Shown here in pieces: positions 9,279 to 17,683 of a DNA stretch of 46,154 bases. This DNA comes from Methanosarcinales archaeon (GTDB taxonomy: Archaea; Halobacteriota; Methanosarcinia; Methanosarcinales; Methanogasteraceae): the NCBI GenBank assembly GCA_030604085.1, contig JAUVWP010000002.1, positions 1 through 46,154 on the forward strand, read 5' to 3'. Both the position numbers and the translations under genes were made by a program. The first letter of the stretch is position 1. Each line of letters begins with the position of its first letter. The notes beneath the pieces are model-generated. The model did no database searches. It was not told where the DNA came from and worked only from the letters and a program-made list of their open reading frames with translations.

Positions 9279-9959
9279 ATGCTTGGTATCATCACCGGCA
9301 CAAGTCTGATTGGAAAAGAGTTCAAGGGCAGGAAATGTAGAAAGAAGACCGTCAGGACTGGATATGGCGATGTGGAGATTTTCGAGGGGGGTGACGCCAT
9401 CTTCCTGCCGCGCCACGGCATTGCCATAGATACGCCGCCGCACCGGATAAATCACCGCGCAAACATATCGGCACTCAAAGAATCAGGCGTGGATGGCGTG
9501 GTATGCGTCTGCTCGACAGGCAGCCTGAATCCGGAGATACCGCCTGGCACACTGGTTGTTCCGCACGACTACATAAACTTCGGAATGCCACTGACATTCT
9601 ACGACGATGAGATACGCCATATCGTTCCGGAACTCGATGAGGGATTGCGCAGCAAGATTGTTGAGGCGAGTCACGGAAATGATGGGGGGGTGTATGTGCA
9701 GACGCACGGACCCAGATTCGAGACAAAAGCAGAGATTAGAGTTCTCGGGCAGTTCGCTGATATCGTCGGCATGACGATGGCAAACGAGGCAACCCTCTGC
9801 TGCGAGGCAGGAATCCCTGTTGCAGCGCTCTGCACGGTCGATAACTATGCAAATGGTGTTGCCGCGCAGGAACCGGGCTTGAGCTATGAGGCGATCATCG
9901 GAAATATTGAGAGGAACCGTGAGATGGTCACAGCTATAATCATGAGGCTGATCAGATGA
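9279..9959 (+). CDS. MTAP-family purine / 5'-methylthio(deoxy)nucleoside phosphorylase
   Basis: 226 aa with PRHG, PHRINHRANI, GPRFETKAEI and GMTMANEA motifs typical of the PNP/MTAP family. Confidence 0.85.
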   Translation: MLGIITGTSLIGKEFKGRKCRKKTVRTGYGDVEIFEGGDAIFLPRHGIAIDTPPHRINHRANISALKESGVDGVVCVCSTGSLNPEIPPGTLVVPHDYINFGMPLTFYDDEIRHIVPELDEGLRSKIVEASHGNDGGVYVQTHGPRFETKAEIRVLGQFADIVGMTMANEATLCCEAGIPVAALCTVDNYANGVAAQEPGLSYEAIIGNIERNREMVTAIIMRLIR

Positions 9960-10104
9960 GTCTGCTCCTGAGAGGTACCGAGAATTACGGAAACGTATAC
10001 ATCGAGGACGCCGCGATCGTTGAGATCGGCTGTGTGCCGCGTATGACGCGGATACCGTGATCGACGCGAAGAGAAAGGCGCCTGTCATGGCTTTGTGAAC
10101 ACGC
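9956..10104 (+). pseudogene. 5' remnant of the MTA/SAH (5'-deoxyadenosine) deaminase gene
   Basis: About 149 nt, roughly 85-90 percent identical by eye to the start of the intact gene at 11559-11706. It keeps the ATGA overlap with the phosphorylase stop. A 2-nt insertion after GGCTGT shifts the frame into a TGA at 10058-10060. Confidence 0.75.
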
Positions 10105-10123
10105 GCCAAAAAAGGTGAATAAT

Positions 10124-11248
10124 ATGAATAACAAGATCACAATGTTAGTATTGTCCGCGGTGTTGATCGCTGTGGCGCTTTCGGGAAGCGTGCAGGAAAC
10201 TTCAGAGATTGGAACGCCGGGCGGGGTGCCGCAACCGGGTGTAATGCCGGATGCGACTTCACCAGTGCCCACCTCGGAACTGGCATCATCTGGTGAACCA
10301 ATCCCCCCATTAAATCAGTATTTAGATAATTTGATATCTATAGAAATATTCTTTTCGGATAATGTAACAGAGCCACTCCATGTGAATCAAACATTCAACC
10401 TGACATGGGTTATAATGCCGCATGGCAACATATCAGCAGAAGTAGGGCTAAGTAATCTAAGTAATCTAAGTAATCTGGCATGGGGTAATCTGCGAACATT
10501 CGTTTTATTGGATGGCAATACAACATGGAAGGGTGACCTGATAGCCAATAAATCGGTAAAGCAGAATCTAACTCTAAAAGCGTTAGAGCCGGGGGAATGA
10601 ACAATTACAGCCACTGCCCAGCCAATCACCGGAAAAAAAGAAGAATCCGAAACCGAACCACTTGTAAGCCTGACCCCTCGTCCAATAGCACCGATACTGG
10701 GCAGATGGAGTAAGACTATAACAGTCATAGGAAATGATACCCCTAATGCCTCTATTTCAACCGATAAACTTGTTTATGAAGAGGGAGAACCTGTTAAGGT
10801 TACGGTAACACCAATGGATAAAATTTATACATGGAATTATGCATATTTCACTTTTTATAGATGGGAGGATGGGGGATGGAATATGATACCAATCGAGCCA
10901 TGCGGAGCAGGTGGAATATTGCCTTTTCAGGTGCATAATCATGATGGGTGGTGTATAGATTTTATTTTGAAAGTTGACCACGTCGACCCCATTGTTAAAA
11001 CATGGGATCAAAGAGAGCTTGTCAGACGCGAACTTGGAGAACGCTCAGAGTATGTTTATGAGCCGGCTCCATGTGGAAGGTACAAAGTTGGATATAAATT
11101 TTATATTTATGCAAGCGGTGGCGAGAGAACTGTTGAAACCGAGTTTGAGATAATAGAAAGGACTGATAAGGGAGATCAACGAATGAATTATCCCGATTAC
11201 TTCGAAACACTGATGACCCGGATTAAACAGATTTTCACAGGTTTTTAG
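10124..11248 (+). pseudogene. secreted, N-glycosylation-sequon-rich protein interrupted by one in-frame TGA (10598-10600)
   Basis: AAGGTGA Shine-Dalgarno then an ATG at 10124. Signal-peptide-like N-terminus (MNNKITMLVLSAVLIAVALSGS), a Pro-rich linker and many NxS/T sequons. ORFs 10115..10600 and 10814..11248 share a frame with no other stop between them. Confidence 0.5.
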
Positions 11249-11388
11249 TCAGCTGGTTTCTGCCGCACTCTGATATCAACTGATATCCCGCTTAAGGGCA
11301 GGTACTCAGCCTTTGGCGAAGAGAAGCAGCGATTGGAGCGGATCAAACACTCGGCAAACAGTATATTTCGACAGTTTTTTATAGATCG

Positions 11389-11562
11389 ATGGCACAGGTA
11401 TCGCATATAACTGACTGGAAAGAGACGCTGGAACGGATAGCACCGACATCTCGCCACTATCCTGGATGGCGCTGCCCGAGCAGGAACTATAATATGCAGC
11501 CATCGAAAACGCAAAAAAATTGTGATATGGCTATAACTACAACCGAGAGGATTGTTACATGA
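11389..11562 (+). CDS. 57-codon chimeric small ORF (expression uncertain)
   Basis: The ATG at 11389 sits where the GTG at 8651 sits in the duplicated segment. Product: MAQVSHITDWKETLERIAPTSRHYPGWRCPSRNYNMQPSKTQKNCDMAITTTERIVT. Its TGA overlaps the deaminase ATG (ATGA at 11559-11562). Below the ORF-track size cut-off. Confidence 0.25.
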   Translation: MAQVSHITDWKETLERIAPTSRHYPGWRCPSRNYNMQPSKTQKNCDMAITTTERIVT

Positions 11563-12821
11563 GTCTACTTTTAAGAGATACTGAAAACTACGGAAACATA
11601 TACATCGAGGACGCCGCGATCGTTGAGATTGGCTGTGCCGCGTATGACGCGGATACCGTTATTGACGCAAAGAGAAAGGCACTTGTGCCCGGCTTTGTGA
11701 ACACGCATACTCATGCCGCGATGACACTCTTTCGCGGGTATGCCGACGATCTTCCCTTGCAGACGTGGCTACAGGACTGGATCTGGCCAGCGGAGGCGAA
11801 ACTGACCGGGGAAGATGTCTACTGGGGCACAAAACTTGCGTGCCTTGAGATGATACGGACTGGCACGACTACGTTTAACGATATGTACTGGCACGTTCTG
11901 GAAAGCGCAAAAGCGGTCGATGAGATGGGGATACGCGGCGTTATCAGCAACGTCTTCATCGATGTCGATGGTGGGTCAGGCGGGTCAGATGAGGAGACGC
12001 AGAGGGAGAATAAAAGACTGATCACGAAAATAACGAAGGATTACTCGGATCGGGTGATCCCCGCGCTCGGTCCTCATGCCATCTACATAGTCTCAGAGGA
12101 GAGTCTTCTGTGGATCGCAGAGTTTGCAAGGGAAGAGGATCTGCTGGTCCATATCCACGTTTCGGAGACCGAACAGGAGGTTAAGGATTGCATCGAGAAG
12201 ACTGGCATGCGCCCTGTCGAGTACCTCGACCGGCTCGGATTTCTCGGTCCGAATGTCGTTTCCGCGCACTGCGTCTGGCTCGATGACAACGAGATATCGT
12301 TGCTTGCGAAACATAACGTTAAGATAGCTCACACCCCAACTTCAAACATGAAACTCGCTGTCGGGCAGAAGATGAGATACCCTTGCTTACGCGCCGCAGG
12401 AGTCAGCATCTCGATAGGGACTGACGGGTGTGCATCCAATAACAACTTAAACATGCTCGAGTCGGCAAAGTTCGCATCACTATCGCAGAAATCAGCAACG
12501 AACCAGCCGACCATGATGCCGGCATGCGATGCGTTTTCGATGGTCACGAAGCATGGCGCACAAGCCCTGCGTATAGGGGAAGGAGGCGGCGAGATAATCG
12601 AGGGCGCTCTGGCAGACCTGCTCTTGATCGATCTGCAACTGCCAGGGATGACACCGCTTCACAACCTCGACTCGAACCTGATATACGCGTCCTCAAACTG
12701 CGTTGACACCACGATATGCGATGGCGTCGTGCTCATGGAGGGCGGGGTGGTGGATGGCGAGGAAGAGATTCTTATGAAAGCATCAGAAACAGCTTTTGAC
12801 CTGGTAAACAGGAGGCAATGA
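11559..12821 (+). CDS. mtaD: 5'-methylthioadenosine/S-adenosylhomocysteine (5'-deoxyadenosine) deaminase, amidohydrolase family
   Basis: 420 aa with GFVNTHTHAAMTLFRGYADDLPLQTWL, HVSET and GTDGCASNN motifs of the MtaD/DadD amidohydrolases. Confidence 0.9.
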   Translation: MSLLLRDTENYGNIYIEDAAIVEIGCAAYDADTVIDAKRKALVPGFVNTHTHAAMTLFRGYADDLPLQTWLQDWIWPAEAKLTGEDVYWGTKLACLEMIRTGTTTFNDMYWHVLESAKAVDEMGIRGVISNVFIDVDGGSGGSDEETQRENKRLITKITKDYSDRVIPALGPHAIYIVSEESLLWIAEFAREEDLLVHIHVSETEQEVKDCIEKTGMRPVEYLDRLGFLGPNVVSAHCVWLDDNEISLLAKHNVKIAHTPTSNMKLAVGQKMRYPCLRAAGVSISIGTDGCASNNNLNMLESAKFASLSQKSATNQPTMMPACDAFSMVTKHGAQALRIGEGGGEIIEGALADLLLIDLQLPGMTPLHNLDSNLIYASSNCVDTTICDGVVLMEGGVVDGEEEILMKASETAFDLVNRRQ

Positions 12822-12822
12822 G

Positions 12823-13476
12823 ATGGCTGAATATAAAAACAGAGCTACACCGGAAGAAGAGATCATCGAAGAAGTACCGAAGTGCCAAACCATGCACGCA
12901 TCGATGGAGATATTGACAAAGCACATAGAGCAGGCGCTTAGTGAACTCGATCTCAACTCGGTTTCAGAGATGCTTGACGATATCTTGGGTGCAAAGAACA
13001 TCTTTGTGATGGGGACTGGTAGGTCAGGTCTCGTCGGTAAGGCATTTGCAACACGACTCATGCATCTCGGACTGCGCGTGTATGTGGTGGGCGAGTCAAC
13101 GACGCCAGCGCTGCACTCGGGCGATGTGGTGGTCGCGATCAGCGGATCAGGCGAGACTCTCTCAATCGTCGATCTTGGGCAGGTCGTAAAGAAGATCGGA
13201 GCGTCTCTAATCGTTGTAACCTCGCAACCGGACTCCACTCTCGGGAAAATGGCAGACAAGACCGTGAGAATCTTTGGCAGGGCAAAGAATGGTAAGGGCG
13301 ACTATCTTGTGCAGCATCTCCTCGGGAAGTATGCGAAACTCTCGGAACTTGCGCCGCTTGGCACCACCTTCGAGATCACCGCGCTCGTCTTCCTCGATGC
13401 AGCGATCGCAGAACTGATGGTGCGGATGGGCAAGGACTCAAAGGCACTTGAAGAGATGCACGACAAACTCCAGTGA
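12823..13476 (+). CDS. SIS-domain sugar-phosphate isomerase (6-phospho-3-hexuloisomerase-like)
   Basis: GTGRSGLVGKAFATRLMHLGLRVYVVGESTTPA...VVAISGSGET matches the PHI/SIS signature. An AGGAGG Shine-Dalgarno lies 7 nt upstream, and the start is 1 nt after the deaminase stop. Confidence 0.8.
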   Translation: MAEYKNRATPEEEIIEEVPKCQTMHASMEILTKHIEQALSELDLNSVSEMLDDILGAKNIFVMGTGRSGLVGKAFATRLMHLGLRVYVVGESTTPALHSGDVVVAISGSGETLSIVDLGQVVKKIGASLIVVTSQPDSTLGKMADKTVRIFGRAKNGKGDYLVQHLLGKYAKLSELAPLGTTFEITALVFLDAAIAELMVRMGKDSKALEEMHDKLQ

Positions 13477-13477
13477 C

Positions 13478-14248
13478 ATGATCTCCGCGATCAGGCGATA
13501 TGGCGTCGAGATCACCTCGCTCTGCGTTGCGGTCGTGATCTGGCAGCTAACTGCCCCCTACGTGACGAGGGGCGACTTCACCCTGCCTGGTTTCACCGAT
13601 GTTCTGGCGTCATTTTTCAGTCTATGGGACGTTATGATCACTGATGCTGCGACCAGTCTGCTGCACTTTGGAATCGGCATGGCTGCCGGTATATGCGTTG
13701 CGATACCGCTTGGGGTTGGCATGGGCTGGTTCCGGGTGATCGACAGGATATTTGATCCGATCATAGAGATCCTGCGCCCGATACCGCCGCTTGCATGGAT
13801 ACCTTTTGCAATAGTGTTTATCGGGCTCACACACACATCTGCCGGAACCATCGTGTTTATCGGAGCAGTATTCCCGATCCTGCTCAATACCTATCAGGGA
13901 TTCAGGAATGTGCCGAAGGTTCTTATCGAGGCAGCGATGGTGCTTGGATGCACAAGAAATTATGACCTGATCAGGAAGGTTGCGTTCCCGTCTGCAATCC
14001 CTGATATCGCAACAGGGATCAGGGTTGCGATGGGTGTCGCATGGATGTGTGTGGTGGCGGCAGAGATGTTTGGCGTATCAACAACCGGAATCGGATACAA
14101 GATATCGCACTGGATGCATTTGTACAGGATGGACCACGTCATGGCGTACATGCTCCTCCTCGGGTTCATTGCGCTCTTCATCAACCGGGCGTTTCGGTTT
14201 CTGATAGTCGAGCGGCTCTCCAGGTGGCGCAAAGGGGTTGTCGCGTGA
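13478..14248 (+). CDS. ABC transporter permease (NitT/TauT-like family)
   Basis: Six-TM BPD-type permease with an EAA-like loop (EAAMVLGCTRNYDLIRKVAFPSAIPDI). The ATG at 13478 is preferred. No ATPase or binding protein is adjacent. Confidence 0.85.
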   Translation: MISAIRRYGVEITSLCVAVVIWQLTAPYVTRGDFTLPGFTDVLASFFSLWDVMITDAATSLLHFGIGMAAGICVAIPLGVGMGWFRVIDRIFDPIIEILRPIPPLAWIPFAIVFIGLTHTSAGTIVFIGAVFPILLNTYQGFRNVPKVLIEAAMVLGCTRNYDLIRKVAFPSAIPDIATGIRVAMGVAWMCVVAAEMFGVSTTGIGYKISHWMHLYRMDHVMAYMLLLGFIALFINRAFRFLIVERLSRWRKGVVA

Positions 14249-14310
14249 TGGAACGCAACCTTGATAACGAGCAGCACCAATGCTGTAGCAAAGAAACAGG
14301 AGGTTTGTAA

Positions 14311-14895
14311 ATGGACATTGATAGACCGGTACAAGAGGTCATGTCACCACGCGTGATCACAGCAGACATTGGCGACTCGCTGGTGAATATCGCAAAGGAG
14401 ATGATCAAATATGATAGATCAAGTGCTGTCGTTACAGAAGATGGAAAACCAGTCGGCATCATAACCGAACGCGACATCTCACGCAAGATTATACCTGATG
14501 ACAGGAAACCAAGTACAGTATCGCTTTCTGAGCTCATGACGTCCCCGCTGATCACCGTTGACCAGAATACGCCGGTGAGCGACGCGATTCAGATGATGCT
14601 CTCAAATAAGATCAGAAGGCTACCAGTCTTCCGAAACGATACCTTAATCGGCATCATCACGAGTCAGGACATCGTTGCCGTATCCTCTGAGATGAGCGAC
14701 ACCCTGAGGGAACTCATGGAATCCGAGGGCGAATCCCTACTGACATCAGATTTCGAAGGTATGTGCGATGCCTGCGGGCAGTATTCATACAATCTGACCG
14801 TCGTCGATGGGAGATCGCTATGCGATGACTGCAAGGACGCCAGATGGAGAGAGCCAACCGATTCCAGCCACGACTCTGCATACTTAGAGGACTGA
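14311..14895 (+). CDS. CBS-pair domain protein with a C-terminal zinc ribbon
   Basis: Two CBS repeats (VITADIGDSLVNIAKEM..., ITVDQNTPVSDAIQMM...RRLPV) and a CDACGQ...CDDCKD tail. CAGGAGGT Shine-Dalgarno upstream. Confidence 0.85.
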   Translation: MDIDRPVQEVMSPRVITADIGDSLVNIAKEMIKYDRSSAVVTEDGKPVGIITERDISRKIIPDDRKPSTVSLSELMTSPLITVDQNTPVSDAIQMMLSNKIRRLPVFRNDTLIGIITSQDIVAVSSEMSDTLRELMESEGESLLTSDFEGMCDACGQYSYNLTVVDGRSLCDDCKDARWREPTDSSHDSAYLED

Positions 14896-14898
14896 CGG

Positions 14899-15387
14899 AT
14901 GGATCTCGCACAGAACATACTTGAGATCATCGAAAACGATCCGAAAATCGATATTAGCGAGATTGCTGCCCTCACTGGCAGGTCGGATGAGGAGATCAGG
15001 GATTGTGTATGTCAACTGGAAGGAGACGGCACAATCCGCAAATATAAGACCATCATCGACTGGGACAAAGTAGATAATGGATTTGTTTATGCGATCATCG
15101 AGATAACAGTATCCCTTGAGCGTGAAACCGGATACAATGTGGTTGCAGACCGCATCTCAAAATTCCCTGAGGTTAGATCGGTCAGATTGATATCAGGAGA
15201 TCATGATATCTCGCTCACCGTGCGCGGCAAATCGATGAAGCAGGTTGCGTTTTTTGTCGCAGAGAAGATTGCGACCCTGCCGCAGGTGCAGAGTACTGCC
15301 ACCCATTTCGTTCTGAAGACCTACAAGGAGGATGGTGTGATCCTGCATGAAACAGAGCACGCAGAACGTCTCCCGATTGTTGCATAA
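14899..15387 (+). CDS. Lrp/AsnC-family transcriptional regulator
   Basis: 162 aa with an N-terminal HTH (ILEIIENDPKIDISEIAALTGRSDEEIRDCVCQLEGDGTIRKY) and a C-terminal RAM-like domain. Confidence 0.85.
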   Translation: MDLAQNILEIIENDPKIDISEIAALTGRSDEEIRDCVCQLEGDGTIRKYKTIIDWDKVDNGFVYAIIEITVSLERETGYNVVADRISKFPEVRSVRLISGDHDISLTVRGKSMKQVAFFVAEKIATLPQVQSTATHFVLKTYKEDGVILHETEHAERLPIVA

Positions 15388-16549
15388 AAGGCAAACGCGA
15401 GTCTCAGACACGGTGCAGAGTGTGCCCCCGTCTGGCATCCGCAGGTTCTTTGATCTGGCAAACGAACTTGAGGATGTGATCTCGCTCGGCGTGGGCGAAC
15501 CCGATTTTGTGACTCCGTGGCATATCAGGGAGTCATGCATCCACACGCTTGAGCAGGGACATACCTCGTACACCTCCAACCAGGGACTCCCTGAGTTGCG
15601 AGAAGAGATCGCGGGCACGTTCCGGCGGGATCACTCACTTAACTACGATCCTAACGAGGAGATACTGATCACGACCGGGGTGAGCGAGGGGATAGACCTT
15701 GCGATGCGTGCGATTCTGAATCGTGGCGACGAGGTCATCATCTCTGAGCCGTGCTACGTCTCTTACGTCCCGACCGTGATCTTTGCCGGCGGAGTTCCGG
15801 TTACGGTTGCCACAAGCATCGAGAATGATTTCAAGGTTACGGCAGAGCGGATAGAGGAGAAGATAACAGAAAAGACGCGTGCAATCATGATCAATTACCC
15901 GAATAACCCGACAGGCGCAACAATGGGAACAAAGGATCTCGAAGAGATTGCAGATGTCGCAACCGAGTACGACCTGATCGTCATCTCTGATGAGATCTAT
16001 GATAAACTCACGTACGACGGAAAACATACCTGTTTCTCATCCTTAAACGGAATGATTACGAACACGGTTCTGTTCAATGGTTTTTCAAAGTCTCATGCGA
16101 TGACCGGACTTCGGGTCGGATATGCTCTCGGAAGCAGTGATATCATCGGAGCGATGACGAAGATACACCAGTACTCCATGCTCTGTGCCCCGAGCACCTC
16201 GCAGATTGCTGCAATCGATGCGCTTCGGAACGGGAGGGTGGAGATGGAGCGGATGGTGCGGGAGTACGACCGCAGGAGACATCTGATCATCAGCGGCTTT
16301 AACAAGATCGGGCTTGACTGTTTCTGGGGAAAAGGAGCGTTCTATGCATTTCCATCGATTGCGGGCACGGGGATGACCGCGGACGAATTTGCAGAGCGAC
16401 TGATGCTTGAGAAGCGGGTGGCAGTAGTTCCCGGCAATGTGTTCGGGGACTCTGGAGCTGGATTCCTGCGGTGCTCGTATGCTGCATCGAGGGATGACAT
16501 AAAGGAGGCACTTGCCCGGATCGGGGAGTTTGTTGAGTCGAGCAGATGA
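15347..16549 (+). CDS. class I/II PLP-dependent aminotransferase (aspartate aminotransferase-like)
   Basis: PPSGIRRFFDLA, GEPDF, NYPNNPTG and FSKSHAMTGLRVGY (PLP lysine) motifs. The start is ambiguous: the ATG at 15347 overlaps the Lrp gene by 41 nt, and TTG codons at 15377/15380 are alternatives. Confidence 0.9.
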   Translation: MKQSTQNVSRLLHKRQTRVSDTVQSVPPSGIRRFFDLANELEDVISLGVGEPDFVTPWHIRESCIHTLEQGHTSYTSNQGLPELREEIAGTFRRDHSLNYDPNEEILITTGVSEGIDLAMRAILNRGDEVIISEPCYVSYVPTVIFAGGVPVTVATSIENDFKVTAERIEEKITEKTRAIMINYPNNPTGATMGTKDLEEIADVATEYDLIVISDEIYDKLTYDGKHTCFSSLNGMITNTVLFNGFSKSHAMTGLRVGYALGSSDIIGAMTKIHQYSMLCAPSTSQIAAIDALRNGRVEMERMVREYDRRRHLIISGFNKIGLDCFWGKGAFYAFPSIAGTGMTADEFAERLMLEKRVAVVPGNVFGDSGAGFLRCSYAASRDDIKEALARIGEFVESSR

Positions 16550-16569
16550 TGGGATCGCATGACACTCGC

Positions 16570-16587
16570 GGCACTGGTTTCAGTGCC
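16570..16587. terminator. short GC hairpin between convergent genes
   Basis: GGCACTG-GTTT-CAGTGCC, a 7-bp stem between the aminotransferase stop and the kinase-like gene stop. Confidence 0.3.
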
Positions 16588-16601
16588 CCCTATAAAGAGA
16601 A

Positions 16602-17675
16602 CTATCCCGAAAAATACGAATTAACGTTCTTATAATCGAACTCATCATCCAGAAGCGCGTTTCTTATGAAATTAAACAGCTTCACCCGGACCTCGCGGTC
16701 AAGATTCGGATACCACACAGGACTTGCCACCACGAGTCCGCGAAACGCGTAGAATAACTGGATAACCTTCAAGACATCCCAATCTCCTGTTTTTTCCAGA
16801 TAATTCTCCATGAACCGATCATAAATCCTTTTGAAGTCGTGATCCAGCCGTCCGTGTTCCTGAAGAGAGTAGAAGAGGTAATTGGTGGTCATGCTCGATA
16901 GATCGTCTGCTGCCTCGCCCCATTCACCGCGGCTCCGGTCAAGCACAGTAAAGTCAGTCCCTTCCCGAAACATCACGTTCCACGGGTGGAAATCTCCGTG
17001 AACCATACACAATCGGTCTGTTCTCGATTTTATCTTCCATCTCCAGTCGATACATGATCTCTCGATCTCGGCAAGTTCCTTTCCGGTGATAAAGTCGAGA
17101 TTGTCAGGATAACTGTCCATCAATCCCATGATGCACTCGCCATGCCCGACAAGATCCCTGATCCGCCTTACGTAGAGTTCCCGGTTATCATGCTTCCGGG
17201 CGTGAATGTCAGCCAGATAACCGGATAATGCGCTTGCCCGCGCCACATCCAGTTCGGTTGCACCATTTGAGCGGATCCGCTCAAGATCAAGGAAATATTC
17301 GACACCCTCGACCTCCTCCATCAGCAGGAAATACTCCTCCGCATCGCCTGCCGATTTAAGTTTGCCATCGTGCGTGAAATAGCCGCAATCGATCGATCGC
17401 ACGTGCTCTGGCAGTCTGTTAAATGTTGCATACTGCCAGATCAGGATCTGCGCCCGGTCCGAGAAATGATCGTGCCCAAAACCGCCTTCGGTCCGCATGG
17501 ACGCGAGGACTGCGGATTTGGATTCGCCGTCTGCCAGGAATCTGATGAGGAGTGGCTTGCCGTATCCGAACTCTTTAAGCCCTTCCTCAGTCTCGCCGAG
17601 TTTTCCTGTGCCTGTTACTACGATATCCTTCCGGTATACCTGTTTCAGGTACTCGGCGATGTCGTCTGGTTTCAT
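16602..17675 (-). CDS. phosphotransferase (APH/choline-kinase-like) family protein
   Basis: HGDFHPWNVMF catalytic loop and a downstream D-x-S/R segment. The ATG at 17673-17675 (MKPDDIAEYLKQ...) is preferred. It starts 8 nt after the rpl4 stop on the same strand. Confidence 0.8.
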   Translation of the reverse strand: MKPDDIAEYLKQVYRKDIVVTGTGKLGETEEGLKEFGYGKPLLIRFLADGESKSAVLASMRTEGGFGHDHFSDRAQILIWQYATFNRLPEHVRSIDCGYFTHDGKLKSAGDAEEYFLLMEEVEGVEYFLDLERIRSNGATELDVARASALSGYLADIHARKHDNRELYVRRIRDLVGHGECIMGLMDSYPDNLDFITGKELAEIERSCIDWRWKIKSRTDRLCMVHGDFHPWNVMFREGTDFTVLDRSRGEWGEAADDLSSMTTNYLFYSLQEHGRLDHDFKRIYDRFMENYLEKTGDWDVLKVIQLFYAFRGLVVASPVWYPNLDREVRVKLFNFIRNALLDDEFDYKNVNSYFSG

Positions 17676-17683
17676 ATTTAGAT

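Noticed and set aside
5990-11558. Transposase or IS ends, or short target-site duplications, flanking the two AT-rich islets.
   Set aside because: I found no terminal inverted repeats, no short direct repeats and no recombinase gene at the islet borders. The only flanking repeats are the 149-bp deaminase 5' copies, which point to recombination rather than transposition.
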